Source: Lytechinus pictus (lineage: Eukaryota). From it: a DNA stretch of 64,000 nucleotides. A model generated the notes under the pieces. The model ran no database searches. It saw only the letters and a program-made list of their open reading frames with translations, and had not been told where the DNA came from. A program made the translations under genes and the position numbers. The stretch is from contig NC_087251.1 in assembly GCF_037042905.1 (NCBI RefSeq), positions 45,324,001 through 45,388,000 on the forward strand, written 5' to 3'. Position 1 is the stretch's first letter, and each line of letters opens with the position of its first letter. Positions 63,470 to 64,000 of this stretch are shown here, piece by piece.

Positions 63470-64000
63470 AGGTCAAGTCCACCCCAGAAAAATGTTGATT
63501 TGAATATATAAAGAAAAATCAAACTAGCATAACGCTGAAAATTTCATCAAAATTTGATGTAAAATAAGAATGTTATGACATTTTAAAGTTTCGCTTATTT
63601 TTCACAAAACAGTTATATGCACAACTCAGTGACATGCAAATGAGACAGTCGATGATGTCCCTCACTATTTCTTTTGTTTTTTATTGTTTGAATTATGTAA
63701 TATTTCATTTTTTTCCAGATTTTAAAATAAGGACCAACTTGACTAAACCATATAGCATAAAAAACAATGCTAATTCCACATGTTCAGGAAGGAATTAATT
63801 GTTGTTTCACTTGACAATGAGGAGAAAATTAGAATATTTCATATTTCATATCATAAAATACAAAAGAAATAGTGAGTGGATGATGTCATCGGTCTCCTCA
63901 TTTGCATACCAACCAGGATGTGAATATAACTTTAAAATGTCATAACTTTCTTATCATACATCCGTTTTGATGAAATTTTCAGTGTTATGCTTATTGATGG
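63470..64000. mobile_element. Second copy of the 4499-5101 MITE, truncated by the window end
   Basis: aggtcaagtccaccccagaaaaatgttgatttgaat..., collinear with the copy starting at 4499. Confidence 0.88.

Overview
AT-rich, intron-containing, repeat-dense animal DNA. The repeat types and SRCR gene suggest a marine invertebrate deuterostome, probably a sea urchin (inference). The ORF track is mostly noise because the real genes are spliced, so I assembled exons by hand from GT/AG boundaries and phase continuity. (1) A tandem + strand cluster of three paralogous two-exon genes: A 7196-8165 (disrupted), B 10787-13716 (163 aa) and C 23380-29514 (182 aa). They encode an unrecognised small type-I membrane protein: signal peptide ending C-x-A, a 25-40 aa Arg/Gly/Ser-rich cationic ectopeptide with no folded domain, one TM helix with juxtamembrane Cys, and a tail with a PPxY motif. 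(2) Directly downstream on the same strand, a 7-exon receptor gene (34142-46986, 497 aa) with three SRCR domains, a TM helix and the same kind of PPSY tail. (3) The last two coding exons of a convergent BAHD1 orthologue on the - strand, followed by about 12 decaying tandem copies of its own terminal exon. The rest is MITEs, tRNA-SINEs, LINE fragments (CR1/L2, L1/Tx1, RTE), microsatellites and one SINE-like element with a 7SL/Alu-like head.
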